From contig OX597820.1 in assembly GCA_951406725.2 (NCBI GenBank), positions 70,308,001 to 70,372,000 on the forward strand: a DNA stretch of 64,000 nt, in the 5' to 3' direction. This document shows, piece by piece, positions 50,835-63,250 of the stretch (positions are counted from its first letter, which is position 1; the number at the start of each line of letters is the position of its first letter). Both the position numbers and the translations under genes were made by a program. This DNA is from Octopus vulgaris (Eukaryota). Below the pieces are notes generated by a model that was not told the DNA's origin, did no database searches, and worked only from the letters and a program-made list of their open reading frames with translations.

Positions 50835-53800
50835 CATATATATGTATAATGGTATTAAACTCTAAACTCTATTCACAACGTAATATCTTAAGTTATTCAT
50901 TCGTTTTTGATTATAGAAAAAAGAAATACGAATGCATTCATTCATCCGTTTTACCTTGTGGCGAAGATTTGTCGGGTCTTGATAAACCCTGAGCTGTGAT
51001 TACACTGATTTCTAACTGACCCTTCGTAACTATAAAACCAAGTTTCATACATCCTTTCGTTTCATCACCTACAGAGACAAAAATTAGATATTGTATTAGA
51101 TAAATCATATATAATATAGCTCAATGCGCAGAATCGTATCTTCTGCAAATATATTTCGATAACCACATATTGTGAATGTATATATTTAATCAGTTATTGT
51201 GTAAAACGTAATCAAAGTGGAAAAAAAAAAAGAATAAAACACACTAAACAGTGTGAAAATGAACACAATATAATATATAGCATTGGAACATAAAATACAC
51301 ATGTAAAAGAAAATATGTAGTGTGTTCAATTCTTTCATAGAAATCTCGCATTTCGATGCAAATAAGATGCTGTCCCCGCCTAGACTTATTTGCTGTGTTC
51401 CTGCCTGTTATGCTGGAGTTTTGGTTTTCCCAGTTAGCAATACTTTATACAAGGATGTGCCATCCAATGAGGAGGAATTTGAAGCTTTCGGATACAGGCA
51501 ATAATTACCGACGTATTCGAATATATATGCATACACAATCATACAAAGACACATACACACACCCAAATTCACTCACACACACACACACACACATACAGAT
51601 ACACTTACGTATAAATACACATATGCATACGTAAAGGAAAATGTATTCAATTGCTTAATTCCTTTTTACACATTCTCCATAAGAAAATTCTATGTTTGAA
51701 TCAATGTCTAAAATTCATATGTATTTCTTCAACAAAATACTGACCTGGCTGTATGGCTTCGATCTGCCCTGGTCCTTGGCATGGCAACTCTGGTACATTA
51801 TGAATATGTTGAAGTAAAGGTGAAGTCTGAGTACTGAAAGAGAGTGAGGTATACAGTTTTAACTTCTTTTCCGCAAGATATGTAAATGCACTATACGAGA
51901 TGTCATTCACGTATGATGGCAATTACTATCCGTTACATCTCAAATATTCAGAAATCTGAGCCTGAGACCCCCTTCGGTCACGACACTGACCATGGGATTG
52001 TACCTAGAATGCTACCTTCCCAGGCACAAATCCGAGCAAGGTTGTTTATGGAAGACCAGCAGTCGCCCATGTATACCGGCCTCCCTTCTCCACGCCACCA
52101 GTGTTATCCAAGGGAAAGGCAAAGGCCGATACAGCTTGGCACCTGTGACGTCGCAAATCATTTGTACAGCTGAGTGAACTGGAGCAACGTGAAATAAAGT
52201 GTCTTGCTCAAGAACATAACACGCAGCCCGGTCCGGGATTCGAGCTCACAACCTCACGATCGTAACCTCGACGCTCTAACCACTGAGCCATGCGCCTTCA
52301 CAAATACTTCAGAAATACTGACTGGATAATTTGATAATTCTCTAAGCAAACCTTAACAGTTAATTAAAAAATATATACCGTAAATCCTCGAGTATAATCC
52401 GCATTCCCAAGATTTAAAGGTCAAAATCACTAGTTCGTATTATAATAACTCTATGAGGTTAAAAAAAAAAATTATTTTCTCAGCAATGTTCGAGTCTCTA
52501 TTTACTGTCCCGCAATATTTATTCAGACGCATATTGTGATGTCGGGCGTGAAAATACCTTAAGCTAAGCCTGAAAGCAAGAAGTCATAAAAGAATCATCC
52601 ATAACTTGCAGTAAGCAACATTAATTAAACGTTATTACTGTTATTACTGTTATTTCTTTATTTTCTGCCAACAAAATGCACAAAAAAGCTACACGTTTGC
52701 ATTATGTTATATGTACAATAATAATAAAGGACGTCAGCGTATACATTTTTACAAACCAAAAACGTTATATAGGCCTCCTTGACTCAAGTTAGAGAAGAGG
52801 TGCGTATTATACACAAGGTTTAGGTTTTTCAGAGGTACAGCCCCCTAAAAATCCCCTGCGTATTATACTCAAGGGCGGACTATACTCGAGGATTTACGGT
52901 ACCTGGAACTGGTTCTATTTCACTTCTTTTGATATTATCGCTTTCAAATTTTGGTACAAGGCCACTTTTAGGGGAGGGTGTAAGTCGATTACATCAATCA
53001 TAGTGTTCAACAGGTAATTATTTTATCGATCTCGATTGAACGAAAGGCAAAGTCGATCTCAATGGAATTTGAACACAGAATGCAAAGACAGGCGAAAAGC
53101 CGCTAAGCATTTTGTGCGGCGTGCTAACGATTATACTGTCTCAAAAGGAATGAAACAGCCGGTGCGTGTGTTTATTGCGGGCATAACGCCGTTCCAGAGA
53201 TACAATATATGTTTCAACACACGAGTTCATATCAAGAATCTTTCAAATCAAATGCAAAAGCTAAACTCTTCGGAATAAACTGATAGATCTTTGGAAGAAA
53301 GGTTGGCATCTTAAACAATGAACTTTTGTTCATTTGCTTCTTGATTGAAAAGTTAATGAAAAAGAAAAATATTCATATTTCGGGGAGCCGGCAGTACCAA
53401 TTCTAATGATGGAGGACACGAATAAACAAAGAGAGGATTTATTTAGTAGATGCGAATGTCTTAAGTTTAGAGTTATAGTTGACAGCAAATTTTGAAATCG
53501 TAGAATGTGCATATAAATTATAATTTTTGGACTTGAGTATATAAAGCTTACATATTGGACTCTAAACCTCTTTTTAAATACACTAGATTTGATCGAGTAC
53601 GTTATTTTTCATGGAAATGTATGTTATAGAGTAAAGTTTTTTTTTGTAGTTTCAGCTCATAGCTGTGGCCATGCTGGAGCACCGCTGTTTTGATGAACTG
53701 TTATTTTTAAGATCCTCCTCTAATATGTGGCATTTTGTGTAGAATGGAGTTTGATGTAGCTGGCTTCATTTGCACCTCTTGCCGTGAGGTAGATTCATCT

Positions 53801-56643
53801 GGGATTCTCGAGAGGAAGAGGTCTAGCCTTGATTTAAAAACGCCTACATCTACTTTGTGTTGGCTCTTTGGGAGAATATTAAAGAGCTGTGGGCCCCTGA
53901 AACCCAGGCTGTTGAAGTAACTGACCCTGAAGCGTGATGGCATTGCTGGGATCTTTGGCACTGTGCAGTGTCGACCCGTTCTGGCATTGGTATAACTTTC
54001 AATGCCCACATTTGGCACAATTCCTTCCAGGATCTTCCAGATATATATTACTGCTTTCCCGCCTTCGCTCCAAGGAGTAGAATCTTAGCTGTTTTAGCCT
54101 TTCCCAGTAGCTGAGCAGTTGCAAAGAGATAATCTTCTTTGTGAAGCTTCGTTGGATTGCTTCAAGGTCCGCGGTTAATTTTACACTGTTGGGTGACTAT
54201 AGCTGGTAGCAGTGATTCAGGCGGCTGAGTACAAACGTCCTCCAGAGGATCATCATGGTTTCCTTATCTCTGGTTCTGAATGTTCTCAGGATCCATCCAT
54301 CCAGTCGTCAGCTCTTTGTCGCCAACCTGGTGATGTGCACTTGGAAAGAGGTATCATCACTCATGTCGAAAGAGGTATCATCACTCATGTCGATTTAGGC
54401 TCTGGGATTGTAATTCCTTGTGGACCAGTGTACTCTTTAAGTTTCATATTCAGTTTTGGACGCTGGTAGCTCAGGGTTTGGAATTTTTCAGCATTAAACA
54501 GCATATTATTATTACTAGTTTGTTTTTTTAAACACACTAGATTTGATGGAGTACGTTACTTTTCATGGAAATGTATATGCTATAGACTAAGGTTGTGCAT
54601 ATAAATTTTAAATTTTGTACTTGAGTATAGAAAGCTTAAGTATTGTACTCTAAACCTTTCTTTTTAAACACGCTAGATTTGAACGAGTACGTTATTTTTC
54701 GTGGAAATGTACATGTCATAGACTAGTGTCAAGCTTCATGTAGTGAAAGACATATATTCATTTTAAGAAAATTCAGTTAAACTCCACTTGTAGCGATATA
54801 GGTGAATAGTGAACATTTTTCAGTAAAAAGCACTCGCTTTATAAGTTGCCAAACAAAATTCAAAAGTGGAAATATCTTATAAAACAGCTGATATTTGAAC
54901 AAGTGTGTACATAACGCACAATGATTTATGAAGATATTATCAAATGACTTAGTGAAGTATTATTTAGTTTCTCAACATCGTTGTTTGTCATATTTGACAC
55001 CACTACTATAGTGCAGGTGTGAGCAAGAGATAAATGGTGTAAAACATTTTCTTAGCTTTTATAAATATAGAAATAAACGCTAAAATAACCAAATTAAATA
55101 TTCATAAAATTCCTTAACATTTCAAACATTTCTTTCAGCTTTGATCTGATTCTTATGCAGAGTGCCCCTGTGATCTGTAATATTTAGTGTTTACGCTTTA
55201 TTTTTACTTTTATTAATTCTTTTTAACTTGGGGAAGGGGTAAGTTGATTGCATCAACCCAAACACAAAACTGGTATTTATTTTAACTAGCTCCGAAAGTA
55301 TAAAAGGCAAAGTCAATCTCATCGGTATTTGAGCTCCAAATGTAAAGACCCAGAGGAATTGCCATTAAGTATTTTGTTCGGTAATGATTCGGATAGTTCG
55401 ACGTTCTAATTTTATCGTCTCTTTGCAACTGCGGCCAGGCTGGAAAACAATCTTGAAAAGTTTCGTCGAACAAATCGATCTCTACTTATTTTCTAAATTT
55501 CGTACTCATTCTGTCGATATCTTTTGCTGAACCGCTATGCTACGGGACATAAACAAGGCAACGTCAATTTTCAAGAGATCGAGCTGGTGGGGGTAAACAC
55601 AAAGACACTCACACACATATACGCATGATGAGCTTCCACACAGTTTCCGCCTACCAAATTCACTCACAATGCTTTTACATCAAATTTTTAATTAACTTGA
55701 AGACAAAGAACTAATTGTTTTAATAATTAAAGGAAGCTTTTGGCAGAGGTTTGAAAGCAGCTCTTATTTTTAAGTATCATTATACTTTATTTCATTGTAA
55801 GATATTTAAACAATTCACAAAGAAAAAAGAAGAATCTACGTACATAAAATTTTACATAAGTTTGATTTAATTTTATATTAACGTCATATTCAAATCCCAA
55901 ATTCCCATAAAATTTCGAGTCGTCTGAATAGCTGCTAAATGTTTCTACATCATTTCGGTAACTCTATAAAATTATTCAATTTGAATATATATATTTGTCT
56001 CCTGATAAAATTCTCATGAGTAATTTTGAATATCAAAGCGGAAAACTAATTTCAAATGTGTCTAAGTTCTTGTTTATTATGTTCCACCTCTTACTACTAT
56101 CCAAATTCTATCACCCAATGACTTACTCCTATCTTATTCTTCACAATTTCTCTCTCTCTCTCTCTCTCTTCCTCTCACTACTCAATCTATCTATTCGGTA
56201 TGAAAAGATAACATCACTGGCTGATGAAAGGTAATATCCGAATCCTTATACTTTCCCTTTTTTCTATGATGAGCCAGTTTATTCATTTCTGAACTACTGA
56301 ACTCACCAATCACTGACGAAGGTCAGCATTAGTTTCTTCGGATACTATGTTTCTTAACGAAGTAGTTGATTCTACTCTGTCCCTCCTATTTACATCAGTC
56401 ACTTCTCTTCGTAAAATATAATGCCCATACATCAAACATTTTCGAACCCCGTACTGCAAGTCACTTGTGCGTCACCTATATCTTGCTTGTGTATCACGAA
56501 AGTTTGAAGTAAGTCAATGTTTTTAATGTACCATCTCCTCGCATGTGTATTCTTTTGCTGTAAGTGCAACGAGTGCACTCACCTATGCTTTAAAAGCATT
56601 TCAATAATTCTTTTAATTCTTATCTGTATATATAAAAGGCAGG

Positions 56644-56692
<49 letters not shown>

Positions 56693-57064
56693 TGTACGTG
56701 AATGTAATTTATGCACGTCCACAAATTAGCACGCATGTCGCTCTAATTTTAGGAGGACATTCGTCATGATCATGGCTGTATTTTCGTCAACTTATTTTTA
56801 CCAGAGGCACCAGCGAATAGCAGTAAAAATAAATTTTCAACCAAAAATTTTAACAATTTTCAAGTCGGAGAAATCACCATTGTTTGCAAACCGGAGTTAA
56901 GCCCTCTTTTAGCGACGAGTAAGGTTTTGTTAAGACTTTTGTTGTTGTTTTCCATGGAGGAAAACAGTGTTTTATTGATATATGGGCAACACACACACAC
57001 ACGAACATGTATGCGTACAAAAACATGTATGCAATAGGTGTACGTACGTACGTGTGTGTGTTGC

Positions 57065-57121
<57 letters not shown>

Positions 57122-58743
57122 AATTTCAACGGATTTCGCCCAAATTTGACATCAAGGTTACTTAGTTTGGTTTGAAATAAAGAACTTGATTAGCTTAATA
57201 ATCCAAATTTAATCCCGGGAAAAGCCGGGTTATACTGCTAGTTACTTTTAAAGCGCTTATTGTGTGTCGAAAACTTTTAGAGCCTTTTTCAGTCAACTGT
57301 ACATCGAATTGAAAACTATTTCTCAAGTTATATTTGGAGCATTTTGAAAGTTGTCATGGAGCTGGTTACAATACGGAGACGATGATGGGTTAGGGACTTC
57401 TATTAGCTCAGCTGCAGCAACACAAGCTGAATTTACAAAATATCTGAAAAAGAAATTCTGTTTATAGAAAATAGAAAATATTTCACATAGAGAATGAAGC
57501 TGAGAAGTGTTAGTTACCTTCTAAGTAATTCAGCTGATGTGGTATCTGCATGAAGACTCGTAATACTAGTTGCCTGCGACAGAGGTGTAGCAAGATCACC
57601 TAACTGCGCTGTAATGAAGATAGATAAACAGCTTTCATTGTAATCGCCTCTTGATATTGATATACATGTACACATATATATATTTAAAAATATCCCGAAC
57701 AAAGATTAGCGTAAGTGCGTCATTAGCTCATTTCCAAATAAGAGAGGACGGAACTAGACGAATTGAGATTTATGATGAACTGTAGTGAGATTTGTAAAGA
57801 AAGCAGTAAGCTCTCAGAAAAGTGAATCGTAAAAGTGGTTTCGTTCTCCAGTAAAAAAGGAATTATATCCTTACCCTTACGAAATATATATCAATAAGAA
57901 TTAGCAAGACCGTTACAGCAACCCTTAATATATTTCGCTGATTTTTAAACACTGCTCTACGTATCACGTGTATGAGGAGATAGATAATTGACTATATCAA
58001 CAACGCTGCTTCTCTGGTACTTTTTTTTAATCGACCACAGATGTAAGAAAGGCAAATTTGACCTTGATGTTATCCGAAACGAAAATGCAGAGAGATACAA
58101 CTGAATACCGTACGATAAAATATAGTCCACCGCTCCACCATGTCTACCAATCCACCGTCCTTAAATTATATTACGATTCTGAAATCTATGTATTGGATTT
58201 ATACATTTCTATAATGTATAATATAATTTTTCATTATGTTATATTATATCATATTATATTATATTGAGTTATATTAATATAATTCTATAATTTATAGGAT
58301 GTTTCTGATAGGTAAAAAAGCCAATAATAATTTATTTCTTCATAGCATCTGACCAATTTTCGCCTGAAGATGATATGAGTAATCAATATACCAATATTTA
58401 GTGTGAATATTACAGGACACCGTAGATTAAGAGACAATCACGTTAAGATAGCAACATAGTTTCGATTCCTGGTTGACTCCAGTTTAATTAAACTCATTTT
58501 CCTTAATTTTAAGCAGTGAAAGTGTACTGCTCTCCAGTCCTTCATATAGGTTACTACATATAAGGCACTGAGATCATATTGAGGCACCGAAGCGATGGTG
58601 CTAAAATATCAAACAGACAACATAAACCTAAACGTGTAAAATCTGTCAGATGTTATCATTGTCCAACAAATCCAACAGAATATTTAAATCTGATTATAAG
58701 ATGCTGGCTGGTTACCTTATTTGTTCTCCTTATGTGTATTTAC

Positions 58744-58774
<31 letters not shown>

Positions 58775-58953
58775 TATATATATAGATATATATATATACA
58801 TATATATATAACATGCAGACATACAGACAAGAAGGTAAAATAGCCAACCTTTCTGCTATTTCACATTTATACAGCGTTCGAAATATTACTTTCTTGTCTA
58901 CGATACTCATTCGACGCTTCCAAAGGTAAAAGTTTGTTTACATCTGTTGTTGC

Positions 58954-58998
<45 letters not shown>

Positions 58999-61240
58999 AA
59001 AGGTAATCTCAATATCCAACTAATCATAGATGCCTTGTTAGAACACCGACTTCTGCGTTATTAGACTCTAGAGATGCTCTCATACAGGCGCTTGGTGCAA
59101 AAAGCATACACATAGATCGTAGCAGAAGACGACATTCATCTGTCGTAGGCGTCTGAATTCCCACATCACGTGATTTAGTCCTATTGGAACTCATCACTGG
59201 GAACCACCGGGTGACCGCATGCCAGTCAAATCTCGTTGCTATGATATATAGAATTTCAACTTCTTCTCAGATGCTGATGCTGCAAATAGCCAGCAGGCTT
59301 CTTAAAAACTAATTCTTAGCGACGGAAGCTAATAATTTATGTGTGTTTCATGGTATCCAATTTAGATTTGTTAGGAAAATCAGGTTCGCCTCAGTATTTC
59401 CTATTCACTCAACTCCTCGAAGTCTACCTTGATTAAAAAGAACATCGTTTTATATTCCAAGTATAGTTTTTTAATAAGATCTCTGCTCATCGAAGATCGA
59501 GCCCATTAATCATATTCCTTTGTACAGCTATTTACATTCAACGGAAAAGAATTCAAATATCTCGTAAACAACTAAAAACAGAATCTGTAATTTATACAAA
59601 GGAACAGCGTTGATTCTGGGTCGTTTCTTATCAAACAGGGATATCATAAAAACGTTCCGTTCTATTTTTTAGACAATAAATCAGTTTCTCATTATTATAC
59701 GTGCTATTCTATTTTAAAGATAATGATTTTGCTAGTTCAATTAAATTGAGTGACTCGTTGGAACGACATTCTTATAATAATTAACGTTAATTTAGCTATA
59801 ACGATTTTGTGTTAACATAAATGAGTCCGCGTTGATTTAACAGCGAAGCTAACATCAGTTATGTCAGTTGTAGCAGATTGTTGACTATAATGCATACTTA
59901 CGTGCACTGCCTCTGTTCTGCAACGAAGATGGCAGCAAATAGTCTTTAATGTCCAAGGTGTGAACGTTGCCAGCACTAACACTGCGGTTGACCGGCTGGG
60001 AGAAATCCTCTACTATTAAGGTATGTAAATCTGCAATTATTCATAGTTGAATCACTTTCATGCATGTTTACGTTACATTAAGAAAATCAGTCATCCATAA
60101 CCTGCGATGATCGGAGGTGCAGCTCCTTCCTCAAGACAAAAGAAACAAGCTAACCGAAAATTTTCAATCTGATCAAATTTTATTAGACACACTTAGTGAA
60201 AATAATATCTTTTCTCTGATACCTTTGTATACCGATAGATGTCAACGTCTCAAATACATTTCTTTAACAGCTTAAACATGTATGGAAATGGTTAAAAAAA
60301 TTTCTTTACTATGAAATTTATTTTATGCCATCTCTAATTTATCATCTTCTCTCTTCCCGTCTTTCTATATTTACCCAACCTAGAATCCTCGATACATACA
60401 TAACACTTATTTCCACGTCTTATGCGTTTACCACTGTATTTTTCTCTACAAATGGATAGCAATCCAGTATTTAGGTTTCCATATAATCACGTGTCCCAAG
60501 TCTTCCAAATTAATTGTTAAATTAATTTTCAAAGTTAATTTTCAAAATGCTTTTTTATCCTACGAACATCGACCGGACAAGGAGATCAACTACGGTGAAC
60601 TCAAACAATTAAGAGGACACCTAATGACTTCCATGTTCTTTTTGAGACCAACAAATTATAATATATATCGCAGATGATCTGCAGGCATACACAACTAAAT
60701 TCTTTCAATACATAATTCTCTAAGAGATACTTTGTGGTAAAACTCACAGCGTTCTTTCTTTCAATCAATGAAGCGCTTCCGTTCTAAGATTGGGAATATT
60801 ATTGTACACAAAGCAGCAACGATTTAAATTTAGCGCTGTATACAAAAAAAAAACATACGAAAACGCCACTCAATGCTATTAAGTATATTAAACTTCGTCG
60901 TGTGCTTGGATTTTAAAAGATAAAACATCTTCACATGCACACAATGACAGGATATGATACGTCAAACCTATGATTTGAACCTCTATCAAATGCAACAAAT
61001 ACAACACACTATATTTTCCGTTGTTTCATAAATAATATTAATTCAAGACGATTTTCCAAAGAAAGTATATTTCTTTAGACGAAAAACTTTTAATTATAAA
61101 TATAATAGTTTCTTTCGGAAACGAGATAAAAACTCTTATTTCTATACTTCATTTCACACAAACTTCTAATGTTTATTCACATCGCTGATAATAGTTACCA
61201 GGGGCCATGCATGCATGCAAATACAACAACCTCAATGTTC
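49055..61240 (-). CDS. Multi-exon gene encoding a protein with a C-terminal RIM/Piccolo-type C2B-like domain; 5' end uncertain
   Basis: Phase-consistent GT-AG exons give ...CQGPGQIEAIQPGDETKGCMKLGFIVTKGQLEISVITAQGLSRPDKSSPQETYVKTYLMQGNKTMQKKKTSVNKEGVNPSYREKIKYSACNALGRHLKINVWEKQKTFDKKVCLGEIVVKLENLDLSRHTVGWYQLFSPGATDMSSDEAFSHW*. GPGQ, KGQLE, YVK, KKKT and LDLS..GWYxLF parallel RIM C2B. Confidence 0.9.
49595..49910. mobile_element. MITE-like imperfect inverted-repeat element in the last intron of the C2 gene
   Basis: GCACTGGTTCTATTT ... AAAATAGAGCCAGTGC termini with partly self-complementary (GATT/AATT) interior. Confidence 0.6.
50153..50295 (-). CDS. C2 gene exon (TYVKTYL...GRHLK), phase 1 to 0
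   Basis: ttttttctatttgaaag acceptor, gtgaaa donor, 143 nt. Confidence 0.92.
50955..51068 (-). CDS. C2 gene exon (DETKGCMKLGFIVTKGQLE...SSPQ), phase 1 to 1
   Basis: tttgtctctgtag acceptor, gtaaaa donor, 114 nt. Confidence 0.92.
51745..51833 (-). CDS. C2 gene exon (TQTSPLL...GPGQIEAIQP), phase 2 to 1
   Basis: ctctctttcag acceptor, gtcagt donor, 89 nt. Confidence 0.88.
51960..52300 (-). mobile_element. tRNA-derived SINE with Meta-domain-like centre and about 18-20-bp target-site duplication
   Basis: Head GGCGCATGGCTCAGTGGTTAGAGCG..; flanks CAAATATTCAGAAATCTGA (51941) / CAAATACTTCAGAAATACTGA (52301). Confidence 0.85.
52378..52899. mobile_element. Non-autonomous pogo/Tigger-like DNA transposon (MITE), 25-bp TIRs, TA TSD
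   Basis: TA|CCGTAAATCCTCGAGTATAATCCGC ... GCGGACTATACTCGAGGATTTACGG|TA; subterminal TGCGTATTATAC twice. Confidence 0.9.
53640..54510 (-). mobile_element. CR1-type LINE 3' fragment, related subfamily to 9703-12378
   Basis: NARTGRHCTVPKIP..NSLGFRGPQLFNILPK..LDLFLSRIPDE; 3' UTR GCGGTGCTCCAGCATGGCCACAGC then an A-rich tail. Confidence 0.9.
57375..57443 (-). CDS. Probable C2 gene exon (YFVNSACVAAAELIEVPNPSSS), phase 2 to 2; can read through to a stop at 57323
   Basis: Strong acceptor atttctttttcag 74 nt after the previous donor; weak donor gtattg; in frame. Confidence 0.6.
57518..57608 (-). CDS. C2 gene exon (QLGDLATPLSQATSITSLHADTTSAELLR), phase 1 to 2
   Basis: tcttcattacag acceptor, AG|gtaact donor, 91 nt; phases match neighbours. 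Confidence 0.8.
59110..59238 (-). CDS. Probable C2 gene exon (TRFDWHAV...KSRDVGIQTP...LLRSM), phase 1 to 1
   Basis: 129-nt open frame, GC-richer than its flanks, tcatag acceptor, gtatgc donor. Confidence 0.65.
59902..60030 (-). CDS. C2 gene exon (LHTLIVEDFSQPVNRSVSAGNV...NRGSA), phase 1 to 1
   Basis: aattgcag acceptor, gtaagt donor, 129-nt open frame. Confidence 0.78.
61199..61240 (-). CDS. Candidate small upstream exon of the C2 gene (TLRLLYLHACMAP); contains a possible start ATG
   Basis: catacag acceptor, G|gtaact donor, 42 nt, ends in phase 1. Confidence 0.4.
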
Positions 61241-61895
61241 CTGTATGTTTAGTAAATGACTGTGTTAATGTGAGATCACATAATATTCTGTTCATGTAAA
61301 ATAATGCTAAAGGCTTTGAATAATATATGAAAGAAGACGTATTACTAACAATTAAATTAGGTTTGACTCTGGTGGAAATGAAAATGTAGCAAAGAGTTTT
61401 CACGCAATGAATTACATGTATTGCTTTAAAGTATTAGTCTACAGTAAAACTAGTATAGTCGAAAATTTCATTAAAACTTCGACATCAAAGATATAAAAAA
61501 AAAATGGAGGTTTGACATCTGACTGTTGCGCCAGACGTCTGGAAGAGACAGAATTGTTTCGTAGAGCAGAATATAATATATTAACTCGTAAATCAATAAA
61601 TGATACCATATAAATGTACAACTAAAACAATCGGAATGTATTGAAAATATAAGAAAAGAAGCCAAACATCAGAATACAAATTGAAGAGTCAGCAGTAAAT
61701 AAATCAGATACAAAAATGAAAGAAATTAACAGCAAAATATATGATTCTTTTTTATTTCATGTCATTTTCTGAAATATACAACAATATATCTTACAAAAAA
61801 AAAAAAAAAACACAACAGAAATTGTAGGTTTCTCACAAGGTACAGTACCAGTGTTTATTTGGAAAGTAGGTAAGCTCATTGATACAGTACGCGCG

Positions 61896-61931
<36 letters not shown>

Positions 61932-62019
61932 TGGATGTGCGTGTTCATGTGTGGCTTAGTCCAAAATGTATAATAAGAATTCCATTTGCAAAAGTATTTC
62001 TTAATGATGCAGCACGTCA

Positions 62020-62703
62020 TTCTTATCTACTCCAGGCCCGAAATTTTGGGGGAGGGGTCCGGTCGATTTGATCGACCCCAGTGCGTAACTGGTACTTAAT
62101 TTATCGACCCCGAAAGGATGAAAGGGAAAGTCGACCTCGGCGGAATTTAGACTCAGAACGTAACGGCAGACGAAAAACCGCTAAGCATTTCGCCTGGCGT
62201 GCTAAAGTTTCTTCTTCCTTTACTGCCCACAAGTGGTTAAACATAGAAGGGATAAACGGATAAACAAGGACAGACAAACGGATTAAGTCGATTATATCGA
62301 CCCCAGTGCGTAACTGGTACTTAATTTATCGACCCCGAAAGGATGAAAGGCACGGTCGACCTAGGCAGAATTTGAACTCAGAACATAAAGACGGACGAAA
62401 TACCTATTACTTTACTACCCACAAGGGGCTAAACACAGAGAGGACAAACAAGGACAGACAAAGAGATTAAGTCGATTATATCGACGCCAGTGCGTAACTG
62501 GTACTTAATTTATCGACCCCGAAAGGATGAAAGGCAAAGTCGACCACGGCGGAATTTGAGCTCAGAACGTAGCGGCGGACAAAATACGTTTAAGCATTTC
62601 GCCCGGCGTGCTAACGTTTCTGCCAGCTCGCCGCCGTAAAGACGGACAAAATACCGCTAAGCATTTCGCTCGGCATACTAACGTTTCTGCCAGCTCACCG
62701 CCT
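62020..62703 (-). mobile_element. Tandem array of SINE family B (three units plus a duplicated head)
   Basis: Repeated family B core. Confidence 0.9.
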
Positions 62704-62745
62704 CTGCAGCGTGTCATTATTTACACAGGCTTATACTTTCTGAGG

Positions 62746-63047
62746 AAGGTACATGGCCTAGTGTTTAAAGCAGCAGACTCGCGGTCGAGGAATCGCGGGT
62801 TCGAATCTCAGACCGGGCGATGTGTGTGTGTTTATCAAAGAAACACCTAAGCTCCACGTGGCTCCGTCAGAAGGTAATGGCGAACTTGTGCTGATTCTTT
62901 CACCACAATTTCTCTCACTCTTTTCTTCCTGTATCTTGCAGCTCACCTGCGACGGACAGGTGTCCCATCCAGGTGCGGAACCTATACGCCAAGGAAACCG
63001 GGAAACCGGGTCTTATGAACCAGGCGTGGCTCGAGAAGGAACAAACA
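62746..63047 (+). mobile_element. SINE family C, full length, with 13-bp TSD
   Basis: ATACTTTCTGAGG at 62733-62745 and at 63048-63060. Confidence 0.92.
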
Positions 63048-63184
63048 ATACTTTCTGAGGGCAGAGAGAGAGCGGGGGATAGAGATCAACATTTGAACAA
63101 TTGGAAACATGAAATTCATAGCTGTGTATAACAATTAACAGGAGGTAGTCAGAGGGAAGTAGTTCACAAAATGATTACTGCCTT

Positions 63185-63250
<66 letters not shown>

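Larger units (their letters stand above)
41655..53495 (+). pseudogene. Probable decayed type-I membrane glycoprotein gene (signal peptide, FN3-like ectodomain, TM helix)
   Basis: UTR exons ending 41674 and at 41783-41909. Signal exon 42117-42198 MVSKRVLFLL*IFIILSMMNFTAIGAL (phase 1). NxS/T-rich segment about 42472-42705. Exon-like 46697-46859 and 47361-47596 with stops. TM exon 51341-51497. Possible tail exons about 53148-53495. Confidence 0.55.

Noticed and set aside
56215-56350. CTGATGA/CTGACGA hammerhead-like cores (also about 58363 and 63385)
   Set aside because: The GAAA box and stems are not intact; at most these are decayed PLE remnants.
61500-61545. Strong minus-strand acceptor (TCTGTCTCTTCCAG) as a further C2-gene exon
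   Set aside because: No convincing in-phase donor follows.
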